Below, piece by piece: positions 1 to 9,664 of a stretch of DNA of 64,000 bases (positions are counted from its first letter, which is position 1; each line of letters starts with the position of its first letter). The DNA is from a bacterium (GTDB lineage: Bacteria; Patescibacteriota; Patescibacteriia; SG8-24): the NCBI GenBank assembly GCA_043825985.1, contig JBDRRB010000018.1:16934-80933 (forward strand), given 5' to 3'. The notes beneath the pieces are model-generated. The model had not been told where the DNA came from and ran no database searches. It was given only the letters and a program-made list of their open reading frames with translations. Both the position numbers and the translations under genes were made by a program.

Positions 1-77
1 CCGAGAGGATCAAGCAGAATGCGACAAAGCCGACAGCGGAACGGGCCGACCGCGCCGACGAAGATGGCGAGACGAAC

Positions 78-1295
78 GTGCTGCACCTGACCGAGGACGA
101 CCTTGCCGGCACCGACGGTCCGAACATCATTCCTCCCCCTTCAGGCGGAGGACGGTTGGGACCGGCGTTCGACGCCTGGAGGTCCCTGGACCGACGGAGC
201 CGAAACCTGCTGCTCGCGGCGGTCGGACTGACGCTCGTCGTCATCGTCAGCCTGACCGGCCTGTTCTGGCGGCGCAGCTCCGACCAGACGACGGCCGGAT
301 TCGACAAGCAGGTGGCGGCCATCCGTCAGCAGATCGATTCGGCCGAAGCCAGCCTGATCTACCGCGACGAGGACCGGGCCCGTCGGCTGCTCGACGAGGC
401 AATGGCGGCGATCGCCGGACTGCCTGACCGGCCAGAAGACCGGGCTCAGACCAAACAGGAGCTGTCGGAGGAGATCCGACTCAGGTTCTCCGATCTCCGA
501 CGGGCCGTGCAGCTAGACGCGCCGGAAGTGATCGCGTCGATATCGAGCGACGGCCAGCCGGTCGAACTGCGGCTGCTGACCACCGAAACCAACGGCCGTC
601 TCTGGACCGCCGCCGCCGACGGCCGAATATTCCTGGTGTCAACTGACGGGTCGGCGGAACTGCTCCACACCCCGAACCCGTCCAAGGCACCGACCTTCCT
701 CCTGCCGAAGGGCAACGGCACCCTGGTCGGATACGACGATGGGCAGCTGGTCTCGGTCTCGACCGGCGGAAAGGTGGCCGAACTGCCCCTGTCGATCGGC
801 GACTACGAGACCGGCATCGGGGCGGCGGCCGTCTACGGGTCACGGATGTACCTGCTCGACCCGGGACACAACCGCATCCTGCGGCTGGCCGCGACCGGCA
901 ACGGCTACGGCAGTCCGGAAATCTACGTCAAGGACGGCACCGACCTGTCTAAGTCGGTATCGCTGACCATCGACGGCAGCGTCTACGTCCTGTCCTCCGA
1001 CGGCAAGATCGTCCGCCTGCTGCAGGGCAAGGGCACCGACTTCAACACCGACCCCACTGACCCACCCCTCAGCAGCCCCAGGCTGATCCGCTCGTCGAGC
1101 GACCGCGATGACCTCTACGTCCTCGACGGCGGACGCGTCGTCCGGTTCGACAAGACCGGCGGAAGGCTGATCCGACAGTACGAGTCCGCCGACCTGGAAT
1201 CGGCCGGCGACTTCCTGGCCGTGCAGTCGGAGAGGCACCTGCTGATCACGAACGGCAACCGACTGCTGCGCTTCACCTGGCCGGAGGAAAACTAA
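78..1295 (+). CDS. Membrane-anchored beta-propeller-like repeat protein (hypothetical)
   Basis: N-terminal TM helix (LLLAAVGLTLVVIVSLTGLFW), then repeated blade-like motifs (DGRIFLVSTDG, DGKIVRL, GGRVVRFD). Function unknown. Confidence 0.5.
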   Translation: MLHLTEDDLAGTDGPNIIPPPSGGGRLGPAFDAWRSLDRRSRNLLLAAVGLTLVVIVSLTGLFWRRSSDQTTAGFDKQVAAIRQQIDSAEASLIYRDEDRARRLLDEAMAAIAGLPDRPEDRAQTKQELSEEIRLRFSDLRRAVQLDAPEVIASISSDGQPVELRLLTTETNGRLWTAAADGRIFLVSTDGSAELLHTPNPSKAPTFLLPKGNGTLVGYDDGQLVSVSTGGKVAELPLSIGDYETGIGAAAVYGSRMYLLDPGHNRILRLAATGNGYGSPEIYVKDGTDLSKSVSLTIDGSVYVLSSDGKIVRLLQGKGTDFNTDPTDPPLSSPRLIRSSSDRDDLYVLDGGRVVRFDKTGGRLIRQYESADLESAGDFLAVQSERHLLITNGNRLLRFTWPEEN

Positions 1296-1317
1296 GTCGG
1301 TTCGACGATCACAAAAA

Positions 1318-1350
1318 ACAAATCCCTGACCGAATGTCGGGGATTTTTGT
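1318..1350. terminator. Bidirectional intrinsic terminator between convergent genes
   Basis: Hairpin aaatccctgaccgaatgtcggggattt followed by TTTTTG on plus; the complement gives a hairpin followed by TTTGTTTTTT on minus. Confidence 0.55.
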
Positions 1351-1369
1351 CCTATTAATCTAGATCCTT

Positions 1370-1786
1370 TTACAACTTCTCAACTATCTCGTAAATGTAC
1401 TGACCAAACTTGTCCTGTCCCATCGCCCGCCACTCCTCAGGAGTGTGCCACTCACCCCGCCGTTCTGGTTTATCCGTGATGAAACGGTCAACTTTGCCTA
1501 CCTTAACCAAATAGTCAGCGAAAATCATGTGAATCTTTTCCCCATCAGTACCTTGGACGTCCAAGCCATCCGTCAAACCGATTAACTCCAACTTCTCCAC
1601 ATCCAAATTGGTTTTCTTCTTGACGTTCTCACGTATGATTGAATCGATCGTCTGGCCCCACTTTATTTCTCCGTTAATACAGGTAAAACGATCATTCTGA
1701 GAAGGTGTGCTCCGCAAGTAAAGTCGCCCGGCCGGATCAAAAATAAATGCACCCGCCAAAAACTTTGGTTTTTTCTCTTCACTCAT
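1370..1786 (-). CDS. NUDIX-fold-like protein with degenerate NUDIX box (RENVKKK in place of REUxEE)
   Basis: G-x5-Q-x6-RE-NVKKK resembles G-x5-E-x7-REUxEExGU but the catalytic Glu are Lys. Start taken at ATG (MSEEKK), since the longer ORF starts with GTG. Local GC (~45%) is well below the flanks. Confidence 0.4.
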   Translation of the reverse strand: MSEEKKPKFLAGAFIFDPAGRLYLRSTPSQNDRFTCINGEIKWGQTIDSIIRENVKKKTNLDVEKLELIGLTDGLDVQGTDGEKIHMIFADYLVKVGKVDRFITDKPERRGEWHTPEEWRAMGQDKFGQYIYEIVEKL

Positions 1787-1904
1787 AGGTTTAAACGGCA
1801 CTGATTAACAGACCGATCATGGCAGGTATATTTTTCGAAGAAAACAAGAAGGCGGACCACATCGGTCCGCCTTCTGCGTCTCGAACGCGAGTTCGAACGC
1901 CCGA

Positions 1905-2330
1905 CTACTTCAGAGTGATCTTGGCGCCGGCCTCCTCGAGCTTCTTCTTCCACTCCTGGGCCTGTTCCTTGGCCACGCCCTCCTGGAGGACCTTCGGGGC
2001 GCTGTCGACGACACCCTTGGCGTCGGCGAGGCCCATCTGGGTCAGCTCGCGGATCGCCTTGATGACGCCGATCTTGTTCGAACCGGCCTCGGTGATCTCG
2101 ACGTCGAACGAAGACTTCTCGTCCTCGGCGGCGGCGTCGCCACCGACGGCCGGAGCGGCACCGGCGAAGGCCATCATCGGAGCGGCGGCCGAAACGCCGA
2201 ACTTCTCCTCGAGGACCTTGACCAGCTCGGCCAGATCCAGCACGGACATCTTCTCGATGCTGCCGACGAGGTCCTTGAACTTGGCCGGGGCCTCAACCTC
2301 CTTCTTCTCGTCCTGATTCTCTTCCGACAT
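1905..2330 (-). CDS. rplL: 50S ribosomal protein L7/L12
   Basis: The C-terminal domain ([20 protein letters not shown]...EAGAKITLK) and Ala-rich hinge are characteristic of L7/L12. Confidence 0.95.
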   Translation of the reverse strand: MSEENQDEKKEVEAPAKFKDLVGSIEKMSVLDLAELVKVLEEKFGVSAAAPMMAFAGAAPAVGGDAAAEDEKSSFDVEITEAGSNKIGVIKAIRELTQMGLADAKGVVDSAPKVLQEGVAKEQAQEWKKKLEEAGAKITLK

Positions 2331-2379
2331 AACAGTCTCTTTTAAGTAATTGCGGTTAAAGCGTGTTTCGCCGACCAGG

Positions 2380-2901
2380 TCAGGACTTCGCGTCCTTGAC
2401 CGCGTTCAGCACGTAGACCAGGTTGCGGATGTTGCCCTGCAGCGCGCCGACCAGTCCGGACAGCGGTGCGCGGATAGATCCGACCACCTGAGAGATGAGC
2501 TGCTCCCGACCCGGCAGCTTGGAGAGGGCGATGATCTCGTCGGAGGTCACCCATCGCGACTCCAGGATTCCGCCCTGGACGTTGAGCTCCTTGCGCTCCT
2601 TGCGGATGTCGGCCACGAGCCTGGCCGGAGCCACCTCGTCGCCCAGACCCAGGAGAAGGGTCAGGCTGCCGCCGATCAAGTCCTCGTCGAACGACAGTCC
2701 GGCCTCCTTGGCCGCCCGGTGGAGCAGGGTCTTCTTGACGCCCCTCACCCGAACCGACTGCTGTCTCGCCTTCTGACGAAGCGCCGTGGTCTCCTGCACC
2801 TTGAGCGGCGACAGGTCGGCCATCACGATCGACTTGGCCTGCCTCAGGCTGTCGGCGATCTCGCGCACTTCGGCTTCCTTCTGTTCCCTTGTCTTGGCCA
2901 T
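2380..2901 (-). CDS. rplJ: 50S ribosomal protein L10
   Basis: [12 protein letters not shown]... N-terminus is typical of L10 and the gene sits immediately upstream of rplL. Start trimmed to the MAKT ATG. Confidence 0.9.
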   Translation of the reverse strand: MAKTREQKEAEVREIADSLRQAKSIVMADLSPLKVQETTALRQKARQQSVRVRGVKKTLLHRAAKEAGLSFDEDLIGGSLTLLLGLGDEVAPARLVADIRKERKELNVQGGILESRWVTSDEIIALSKLPGREQLISQVVGSIRAPLSGLVGALQGNIRNLVYVLNAVKDAKS

Positions 2902-3240
2902 AAAGCAATGCGTTTTCTTTTTCCGAACCCGAAGGTTCAACTCGACCTTTGGTGACACCCCGGAAACCGAGGCGCGAACCGCCGCCGGGCCGCCACGATG
3001 GCGTCCGACGAGGCCCGTCTGAAACTAAAATGCCGCGGCATTACCGCAGACATGGGTTCGCGAGACTGACGACGAAATTCCGTCCCGCTTGCCTGTGCAG
3101 GCGCCACAGCGTGGCTTTGTCCTCGCGGACCCGCAGTCTACGGCTATGCTTTGTCGAGGGCATGATAGTACCCCGCCGCGACACTGTCAAGCCAGCGCCG
3201 GACGGGGTACCTTCCTGCCCGTCTATCTTTAGATGGCGAA
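2902..3240 (-). promoter_or_regulatory. Long non-coding 5' leader upstream of rplJ (candidate L10-leader autoregulatory region plus promoter)
   Basis: About 340 nt without a credible ORF between rplJ and the next minus-strand gene. The call rests on position and on L10-leader precedent in other bacteria. Confidence 0.3.
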
Positions 3241-3242
3241 GC

Positions 3243-3719
3243 CTATTCCGGCACGCTCAGGGTAGCGTTGCCCAGTTCCGGCTCGATCTTGATCACCCGC
3301 TCGATCTCGGTGACCTGCCCGGCGTCGTCGGCGACGGAAATGCGCAGGGTCATCTGTCCGCGGGAGGCGATCTCGACGTTGCCGGCCAGCATGGCGAAGG
3401 AGACGCGCTCCTCGTAGTCGCGTCCGACCAAGTCGTCGCGCGAGATCTTGATCGTCTTGTTGAGCTCCACCACCTGCACCTTGAGCGTGCTGAAGTCGAT
3501 CGCGTAGTCGTCCTGTACGCGCACCATGCCGACCATCTCCGTCAGCCGGACACGGCCGATCGGCGTCCAAGTGAAGTCCACGGTCGGCTTGTTGTCCTGC
3601 CCGCGCGTCAGGTGGGAAAAACTCTTCCACCGGTCGGCCACCACCAGGACGGCGATGAAGATGACCGCCGCCACGATCGGGAAACTAATGATCCGCCTCT
3701 TTTTGGTCTGTCTTTCCAT
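3243..3719 (-). CDS. Hypothetical membrane-anchored protein
   Basis: ORF with one N-terminal TM helix (IISFPIVAAVIFIAVLVVA), abutting pyrH-like gene, no antisense competitor with better features. Confidence 0.45.
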   Translation of the reverse strand: MERQTKKRRIISFPIVAAVIFIAVLVVADRWKSFSHLTRGQDNKPTVDFTWTPIGRVRLTEMVGMVRVQDDYAIDFSTLKVQVVELNKTIKISRDDLVGRDYEERVSFAMLAGNVEIASRGQMTLRISVADDAGQVTEIERVIKIEPELGNATLSVPE

Positions 3720-3727
3720 ACTGAAAA

Positions 3728-4426
3728 TCACTCTCCGATGACGGTGCCGCGGAAACGGTCCCCGTCCAGGATCTTCTTTAGGTTGTCGAGCCGCCCGCCG
3801 TCCGCGATTATGACCCGCAGGCCGGACTCGTGCGCCAGCTTAGACGCAACCGGGTCAAAAGGCAAGTTGGAACCGGGCACCCATTTCGACCCGACCAGCT
3901 TCCGGTATTCCTTCCAGCCCATCTCCTTGAGCGGCCGCGCGTCGGGATGGCGTTTCGGGTCGCGGTCGTAGACGTAATCGATGTTGGTCAGGTTGATGAC
4001 GGTCGACGCAGCTAACTTCTTGGCCAGCAGAACCGCCTCGTAGTCGCTCGAGCAGCCGGGCTTCCATCCGGCGCTGACCACTATCGAATGCCTGACCCGC
4101 AACGGCAGCGTCGGGTTAAGGACCATCTCCGGATGTGCCATATCGCGAAATACGGTCCTGACCAGATGACCGTTCATCCGTGTCGCCTCAATACCCAGCA
4201 AGTCCAGCTCCCTACTCGTCAAGCGAACGACTGCCGAACTGGCGCGCTGATATTCGCGCGCGAGGCTACCGCCGCCGCAGATGATCGCGAATTTCCGACC
4301 AAGTTTCACTTGCGCCAGGATCAGACTTCGAAAACGGCCCAGGTAGCGATCGTCCACGCGACCGTCTGGATTAATCAACGACCCGCCAAGGGAAAGGACA
4401 AACGTTTCGGAGCTGCTTTTGGCCAT
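3728..4426 (-). CDS. pyrH: Uridylate kinase-like (amino-acid kinase family, short archaeal-type PyrH)
   Basis: FVLSLGGSLI...IICGGGSLAR...VVSAG...IIADGG motifs of the carbamate/UMP kinase fold; ~230 aa. Confidence 0.6.
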   Translation of the reverse strand: MAKSSSETFVLSLGGSLINPDGRVDDRYLGRFRSLILAQVKLGRKFAIICGGGSLAREYQRASSAVVRLTSRELDLLGIEATRMNGHLVRTVFRDMAHPEMVLNPTLPLRVRHSIVVSAGWKPGCSSDYEAVLLAKKLAASTVINLTNIDYVYDRDPKRHPDARPLKEMGWKEYRKLVGSKWVPGSNLPFDPVASKLAHESGLRVIIADGGRLDNLKKILDGDRFRGTVIGE

Positions 4427-4617
4427 AGCTGCGTAGTTATCTTATTCAAGAGAAGACCTGACTGGCGTCAGGTCTGGATGCTCATTTGGGCCGCCGGGGC
4501 GGAACGGGCTGCGGACGGCGGGGTGCCGACCGGAACGAGCTCGGCGTCCGATAGCCGAGCTTGGCGCTCTTTCCCCTGGTCCGGGCGTTGTTCTTCATAG
4601 GAAGAGGTGCAAAGAGA

Positions 4618-5382
4618 TCACTCGTCCTCGCGGCGGCGCAGCTCGATCCGTCCGATGTTGTCGACGTATCGGCGGGCGATGCCCCGGTACTCGGACGACA
4701 TGGAGTCGATCGCCGCTAGCAGGCTCGCCACGGCGGCGAATCCGGACAGTATCATGCCGGCCGAGAGACGTGCTGTCCAGGCGTCGGCCGTCGACAGCCA
4801 GACCGTCACCGCCAAGGCAAGCCAGAGCAGCACGATCGTGCCCCAGACGTAGGACGACATGCGCGAATCCTTAAGTTCCTTGATCTGCTGGCGCGACTCG
4901 GCCACCACGGCGACCGTGCGGAGCAACTCGTCGTACAGCACCTCCTCCTTGCTGGAACGCAGTTCAGGAACCTTGTAGACGTGGTAGCTCAGCTCGCGAA
5001 ACTTCGAGTTGAGGTCCTCGTAACGACTGAAGTCTATCTCGGAAAACGCGCTCAGGTAGTGGTAGAGATGGCCGTGCAGCTCGGTGAACCAGCCCCGGTA
5101 GCGCTGACCGTCGGTCTCGCTCAGGTTCTTGGAGATATGGTAGATGCGCCGGAGCTTGTTCAGCTCGAGATTGACCGTCTGCATGAGGCGGCGGCGCTTG
5201 TCGACGGCATACCCGAAGAGCAGGACCATGACCAGCGAGACCAGCATGGCCATCGGCAGGTCGAAGCGGGGGCGTCCGGACTGGCCGTAGGCCGGCAGCG
5301 CGAACATGACCGCGACCGGCACGACCAGCGACAGTCCGAGGTACAGGACCGTCCTCTTAGAGTGCATTATGTCCATAGGCAT
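4618..5382 (-). CDS. Hypothetical integral membrane protein
   Basis: 254-aa ORF with several predicted TM segments. Confidence 0.5.
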   Translation of the reverse strand: MPMDIMHSKRTVLYLGLSLVVPVAVMFALPAYGQSGRPRFDLPMAMLVSLVMVLLFGYAVDKRRRLMQTVNLELNKLRRIYHISKNLSETDGQRYRGWFTELHGHLYHYLSAFSEIDFSRYEDLNSKFRELSYHVYKVPELRSSKEEVLYDELLRTVAVVAESRQQIKELKDSRMSSYVWGTIVLLWLALAVTVWLSTADAWTARLSAGMILSGFAAVASLLAAIDSMSSEYRGIARRYVDNIGRIELRRREDE

Positions 5383-5418
5383 TGACGTTGGCCCTTAGCC
5401 CGGGCTGGGAGCAGTATA

Positions 5419-5646
5419 TCACACGGATTCGCCGAACTTTACCTTCAGCTCGTTGACCCGGGTCTCGACTTCGGTCAGTCGCTGGCGGCACCTCTGGGCC
5501 AGGTCGAGCCCGCGTTCGAACCTCTTGAGGCCCTCGTCGAGATCGATCTCGCCGGAATCGAACCACTTGATTATCTCCTCCAGCTCGGCGTAGCTGCGGC
5601 CGAAGTCGATCGGCTCGTCCTGCGCGGCGGTCTTTTTCTGTGTCAT
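5419..5646 (-). CDS. xseB: Exodeoxyribonuclease VII small subunit
   Basis: 75-aa helical protein (FEESLAELEEIIKWFDSGEIDLDEGLKRFERG...) immediately downstream of xseA. Confidence 0.85.
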   Translation of the reverse strand: MTQKKTAAQDEPIDFGRSYAELEEIIKWFDSGEIDLDEGLKRFERGLDLAQRCRQRLTEVETRVNELKVKFGESV

Positions 5647-5668
5647 GACTTTGATGGAAACGGACCGG

Positions 5669-6919
5669 TTAATCCCGGACCACTGACTCGACCCGAACGC
5701 CCACCCGACCGCGGTGCAGCTCGATGTCGAGGGTATCCCCGACCGACGCGCGGGAAGCCTCCCTGAGCGGCCGGCCGGCCAGGCGAACGATGGAATATCC
5801 CCGCTGCAGCACGGCCCGGGGATCGAGGCTCTCCAGGAGCCGGCGGCGATCCGCCAGCCGCTCGTTCAGCCTCGACAGGAACGGTCCCGGCGCCTCCAGC
5901 AGGCGGGGTTCGATCCGGCGCAGGTCATGCGACAGCATCGCCACCCGTTCGGCGAAGCGGCCGAAGACGTCGGTCAGGTCGCGCTGGCGATGGCGGAAGG
6001 ACGATACGGCCGACATGATGCCTCGTTCCATGACCCGAACCGCCCGGTCCATCTCCGCGACCCTCTCCCCGACGGCGGTATCCATGCCGTAGGTCAGGCG
6101 TCGGCGAAGCGACTCGACTGCCGCGCCGACCTCGTTGCGGTCCGGCACCACGATCTCCGCGGCGTTCGACGGCGTGGAGGCCCGGACGTCGGCGGCGAAG
6201 TCGGCCAGCGTCTCGTCGCGCTCATGCCCTACCCCGACCACGATCGGCATCGGCGACGAGAAGACTGCCCGAGCGACCTCCTCGGAGTTGAACGCCTGCA
6301 GGTCCTCGAGCGATCCGCCGCCCCTCGTGAGCACCAGCACGTCGGCCAGCTCCGGATGGGCGGCAAAATGGGCGAAGGCGGCCAGAATGTCGCCGACGGC
6401 ATCGCGGCCCTGGACCTGCACGTGGACGGAATTCACCTCGACGTCCGACCAGCGGTTGCCGAGGATGCGCAGGAAGTCGGAATAGGCGGCCGACTCGCGC
6501 GAGGCAATCAGGCCGATGCGCCGCGGAAACTTGGGCAGCGGCCGCTTGCGGGCCGGATCGAAGATTCCCTCCGCCTCGAGAGAGCGCCGCAGCAGGTCGT
6601 AGGCCCGACGCAGTGCGCCCTCGCCGACCGGCTCGACCCGATCGACCACGACCGAGAACTTGCCGCTCCGCTCATGGACCTTGGGCTGCCCGTAGATGCG
6701 GACCTGCATTCCGTCCTCGAGCGGCTGCCGGAGCTTCCAGGTGGTGCCGAAGCAGGACAGGACCGCGCCGTTGTCCTTGACCAGGAACCAGATCCACTTG
6801 CCCTGCGAGACGCGATATTCGGCCACCTCGCCCTCGATCGCCACCCCGTCAGGAAAAACCGCCTCGGACAGGGCGGAGTTCAGGAAGCCGACGAATTCGG
6901 TCACCGAAAAGTTGTGCAT
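5669..6919 (-). CDS. xseA: Exodeoxyribonuclease VII large subunit
   Basis: N-terminal OB-fold (FSGKFSVVVDRVEPVGEGAL) and catalytic core (LTRGGGSLEDLQAFNSEEVARAV) are typical of XseA. Confidence 0.9.
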   Translation of the reverse strand: MHNFSVTEFVGFLNSALSEAVFPDGVAIEGEVAEYRVSQGKWIWFLVKDNGAVLSCFGTTWKLRQPLEDGMQVRIYGQPKVHERSGKFSVVVDRVEPVGEGALRRAYDLLRRSLEAEGIFDPARKRPLPKFPRRIGLIASRESAAYSDFLRILGNRWSDVEVNSVHVQVQGRDAVGDILAAFAHFAAHPELADVLVLTRGGGSLEDLQAFNSEEVARAVFSSPMPIVVGVGHERDETLADFAADVRASTPSNAAEIVVPDRNEVGAAVESLRRRLTYGMDTAVGERVAEMDRAVRVMERGIMSAVSSFRHRQRDLTDVFGRFAERVAMLSHDLRRIEPRLLEAPGPFLSRLNERLADRRRLLESLDPRAVLQRGYSIVRLAGRPLREASRASVGDTLDIELHRGRVGVRVESVVRD

Positions 6920-6961
6920 CGAGTCGTTCCGTTAACTACGCGGTCCGGGAACAGCCGGACA

Positions 6962-7852
6962 TCAGGGCTGAAGAATGCCTTCGCTCTTGCCGTCGACGGT
7001 GATGACCACGCCCTTCACCTCGGGAAACTGCCTGAGCGTCGACTCGATCTGGCTGCGGATGGCGGTCACCCGGCACGAGCCGGCCACGCCGCGGTCCAGG
7101 GTTCGGTCGAAGTCGACCGTGACCACGCCGGTGGCGTCCGTGCCGACCGACTTTATCTTCACCCGGTCCGGCAGCTGCGTGACGTAGCCGACCTTGGACT
7201 CTTCGTCGGTCGGACCGGCCAGCAGTTCCTCGATCGCCGAGCGGAAGACGCTGCTGCGGCTGGTGACCGAACGGCTGACCGGAAACACCTTCTGGCAGTC
7301 GGTCCACGGGTCGAGCTGCGAATTGGAGAAATAGACCATCACGCTGACCGCATCCGGACGGCCGAAGCTGATCTGCCTGGTCTGAACGGCATCCGGGTCG
7401 TCGCTGCCGGACAGCGACACGCGCAGGATGAAGTCGCCGACCTGCCCGATGTCACCGACCGTCAGCGTGAATCGACCGTACTCCCCTTCGGCCGCGACCA
7501 CGTCCAGGCGCCGGCTGTAGATCTCGTCGCCGGCCGGACCGAGAACCGAAACTAGCACCTGACCGGCCAGCGAGCGGCCGGCCACCTCAAACGGGGGGCT
7601 GACCACTGTACCGTCCATCGGCGTCTCGAGCAGGATCGGCAGGCCGCCAGCCACGTCGACCGGCTCGCCCGGAACGTAGGGCTGGGATTCCGGCGGCGGC
7701 GGCGGAAGCGGATAGGACTCGTTGACCGGTCCTGAGCCTTCACCGGACGAAAAAGAAGTCAGGCTCGACCGACCAAGCCGAAACCCGACGAGCGCCACCG
7801 TCAGCAGAACCAGGATGAAAATCAGTCTCTTCATAATTTCACGCGTCAACAT
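6962..7852 (-). CDS. GerMN-domain lipoprotein-like protein
   Basis: Signal/TM N-terminus, Pro-rich linker, C-terminal GerMN-like segments (VMVYFSN...DCQKVFPVSR...VVTVDF). Confidence 0.5.
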   Translation of the reverse strand: MLTREIMKRLIFILVLLTVALVGFRLGRSSLTSFSSGEGSGPVNESYPLPPPPPESQPYVPGEPVDVAGGLPILLETPMDGTVVSPPFEVAGRSLAGQVLVSVLGPAGDEIYSRRLDVVAAEGEYGRFTLTVGDIGQVGDFILRVSLSGSDDPDAVQTRQISFGRPDAVSVMVYFSNSQLDPWTDCQKVFPVSRSVTSRSSVFRSAIEELLAGPTDEESKVGYVTQLPDRVKIKSVGTDATGVVTVDFDRTLDRGVAGSCRVTAIRSQIESTLRQFPEVKGVVITVDGKSEGILQP

Positions 7853-7993
7853 CGTACCATATCAGGACCGGGGCGGGCAGGCTGGCGGTCCGGCAAACAG
7901 AAAAGGCCGCGGCGACAGCCCGACCTCCTCTTCAGAGCTGACACGAAATGGCATGACGAAAGGTCCCGAGCAGGTCGGACGAGTCCCGCCGCC

Positions 7994-8953
7994 TCACTCG
8001 AAGACCTGACGAACGTATTCCGGATCGAGGCTATGGCGGAAGCTCTCCGCCATCTGCGCCCGAGCCGACCCGACATCGACCTCCGGATCGTCCTTCCAGC
8101 GCCAGAGCATCTCGAAAGACCTGACCAGCAGGCCGACCTGCAATGCGCCGAGATCGACCGGAAAGTGCTCCCTGATGGCCGCGACGTAACGGGCCTGCCA
8201 GTCCGGATTGCCCCACATCATGAGCCAGGCATGCACGGCGACGAACTCCCACGGATCAACCCCGCCGACCCAATCGACCACCGCCACCCGACCCTCCGGC
8301 AGGAGAATGAAGTTCCGCGGATAGAAGTCGCCGTTGGTGAACATCGACCCCTGATAGCGCTCGACCGGCGCCTGCACGAACAGCGCGGCGGCGGCGTCCA
8401 CGTCCGGCTGGGCCAGCCAGCCGAGCCGCACCAGGTCCGAAGCGCGGCGGCCGAACTCCTCGAACCACTGCCCGAAGTCGAACCGCCGGACGAACTCCGG
8501 CAGCGTGCCGATGTCCACCTGACGCAGGTCGCGCAGCACGTCGATCGACAGCGACGCGACATCCGGATCGAGTCCCTTTCCGCCCAGCACCTCCGGCTTG
8601 TGGTTCAGCTCCGACCACTCGTGGATCAGCGGTCGGCCGGCGATATACTGGGTCTCGAGCCAGTGCAGCCCGTCATGCTCTCCCGAGCCGAGCAGCTCCG
8701 GCACGACCAGGCGGCTGAAAGCCTCACGGTCCAGCGTCGGCAGGACCTCCCGCATGATGCGCATCTCATAGTCGATGCTCTCCGTCTTGCGGTGGTCGAC
8801 GCCGAACTTCAGGACATGCGTCGGAACGCTGCCGGAGTCCTCGGTCCGGACACAGAGCAGCAGGTTCCACTTCACGGCATCGACGATGCGCAGCCCCAAG
8901 TGCTCGAGCAGCGAAGGAATCTTGGGATGAAGCGGCGGGAGGGGAAGTTCCAT
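7994..8953 (-). CDS. Phosphotransferase-family protein (APH/choline-kinase-like)
   Basis: Kinase-like lobes with HGDFYPRNFILLPEGRVAVVDW (HGD..N..D catalytic pattern of the APH family). Confidence 0.6.
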   Translation of the reverse strand: MELPLPPLHPKIPSLLEHLGLRIVDAVKWNLLLCVRTEDSGSVPTHVLKFGVDHRKTESIDYEMRIMREVLPTLDREAFSRLVVPELLGSGEHDGLHWLETQYIAGRPLIHEWSELNHKPEVLGGKGLDPDVASLSIDVLRDLRQVDIGTLPEFVRRFDFGQWFEEFGRRASDLVRLGWLAQPDVDAAAALFVQAPVERYQGSMFTNGDFYPRNFILLPEGRVAVVDWVGGVDPWEFVAVHAWLMMWGNPDWQARYVAAIREHFPVDLGALQVGLLVRSFEMLWRWKDDPEVDVGSARAQMAESFRHSLDPEYVRQVFE

Positions 8954-8965
8954 CTGACCGAGGGG

Positions 8966-9643
8966 TTAGTCCTGCTTAGGCTCGACGGTCACGGTCTCCA
9001 TGACGTCGCCGACGACGATCGACCGGACGACATCCAGGCCCGAAGTCACCTGACCGAAGATGGTGTAGTTCTTGGGCAGCGCCGGCTGGTCGCCCAGGCA
9101 GATGAAGAACTGGCTGCCGTTGGTGTCCGGTCCGGCATTGGCCATGGCCACCGTGCCGTCCAGGTAGTCACGGGTCACCGGCTCGTCCTCGAAGCGGTAG
9201 CCGGGGCCGCCGGTGCCGTTGCCGTTCGGGTCACCGCCCTGGATGACGAAGTTCGGCACGACCCGATGGAAGGCCAGCCCGTCGTAGTAGCCGCTCTCGA
9301 CCAGGGCGACGAAGTTGGAGACGGCCTTAGGCGCGTCCTCGGCGTAGAGGCCGAAGACGATCTCGCCCTTGGCGGTCTTGATCCGGACCTGGCGGTTCTC
9401 GATCCGTTCGGCCGGCAGTACGCCGACCGGCTGGTCCGGAACCGGAGGCCGCTCGGAGACGGAAGCGTCCGGCTCGTTTGTCTGCTGTGTCATATCCTGC
9501 TCGTTAGCCGTCGACGACGGAATTTCGCTCTCGACCCCTGCCGGCTGTCCGGCACCGCAGCCCCCGCCCAAAAACATGATTCCGAGCAGGGCCAGTACGG
9601 GCAACTTTCGCATATTCATATACGTTAGTGGAAATCTGATCAA
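8966..9643 (-). CDS. Peptidyl-prolyl cis-trans isomerase, cyclophilin type (secreted/lipoprotein)
   Basis: FHRVVPNFVIQGGDP...GTVAMANAGPDTNGSQFFI cyclophilin signature; signal peptide ending GGGCGAG. Confidence 0.85.
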   Translation of the reverse strand: MIRFPLTYMNMRKLPVLALLGIMFLGGGCGAGQPAGVESEIPSSTANEQDMTQQTNEPDASVSERPPVPDQPVGVLPAERIENRQVRIKTAKGEIVFGLYAEDAPKAVSNFVALVESGYYDGLAFHRVVPNFVIQGGDPNGNGTGGPGYRFEDEPVTRDYLDGTVAMANAGPDTNGSQFFICLGDQPALPKNYTIFGQVTSGLDVVRSIVVGDVMETVTVEPKQD

Positions 9644-9664
9644 ATCGATCCCAAAAGAAAGGGA

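Noticed and set aside
5714-7555. 613-aa plus-strand ORF antisense to xseA and the GerMN gene. Similar long antisense ORFs occur at 8033-9628, 16117-17874, 29954-32107, 33577-36228, 38281-40188 and 55554-57917.
   Set aside because: Their composition is Arg/Ala/Gly/Pro/Asp-rich low complexity with no recognisable motifs. Each lies opposite a gene with clear family signatures. In high-GC DNA the antisense strand is often stop-free.
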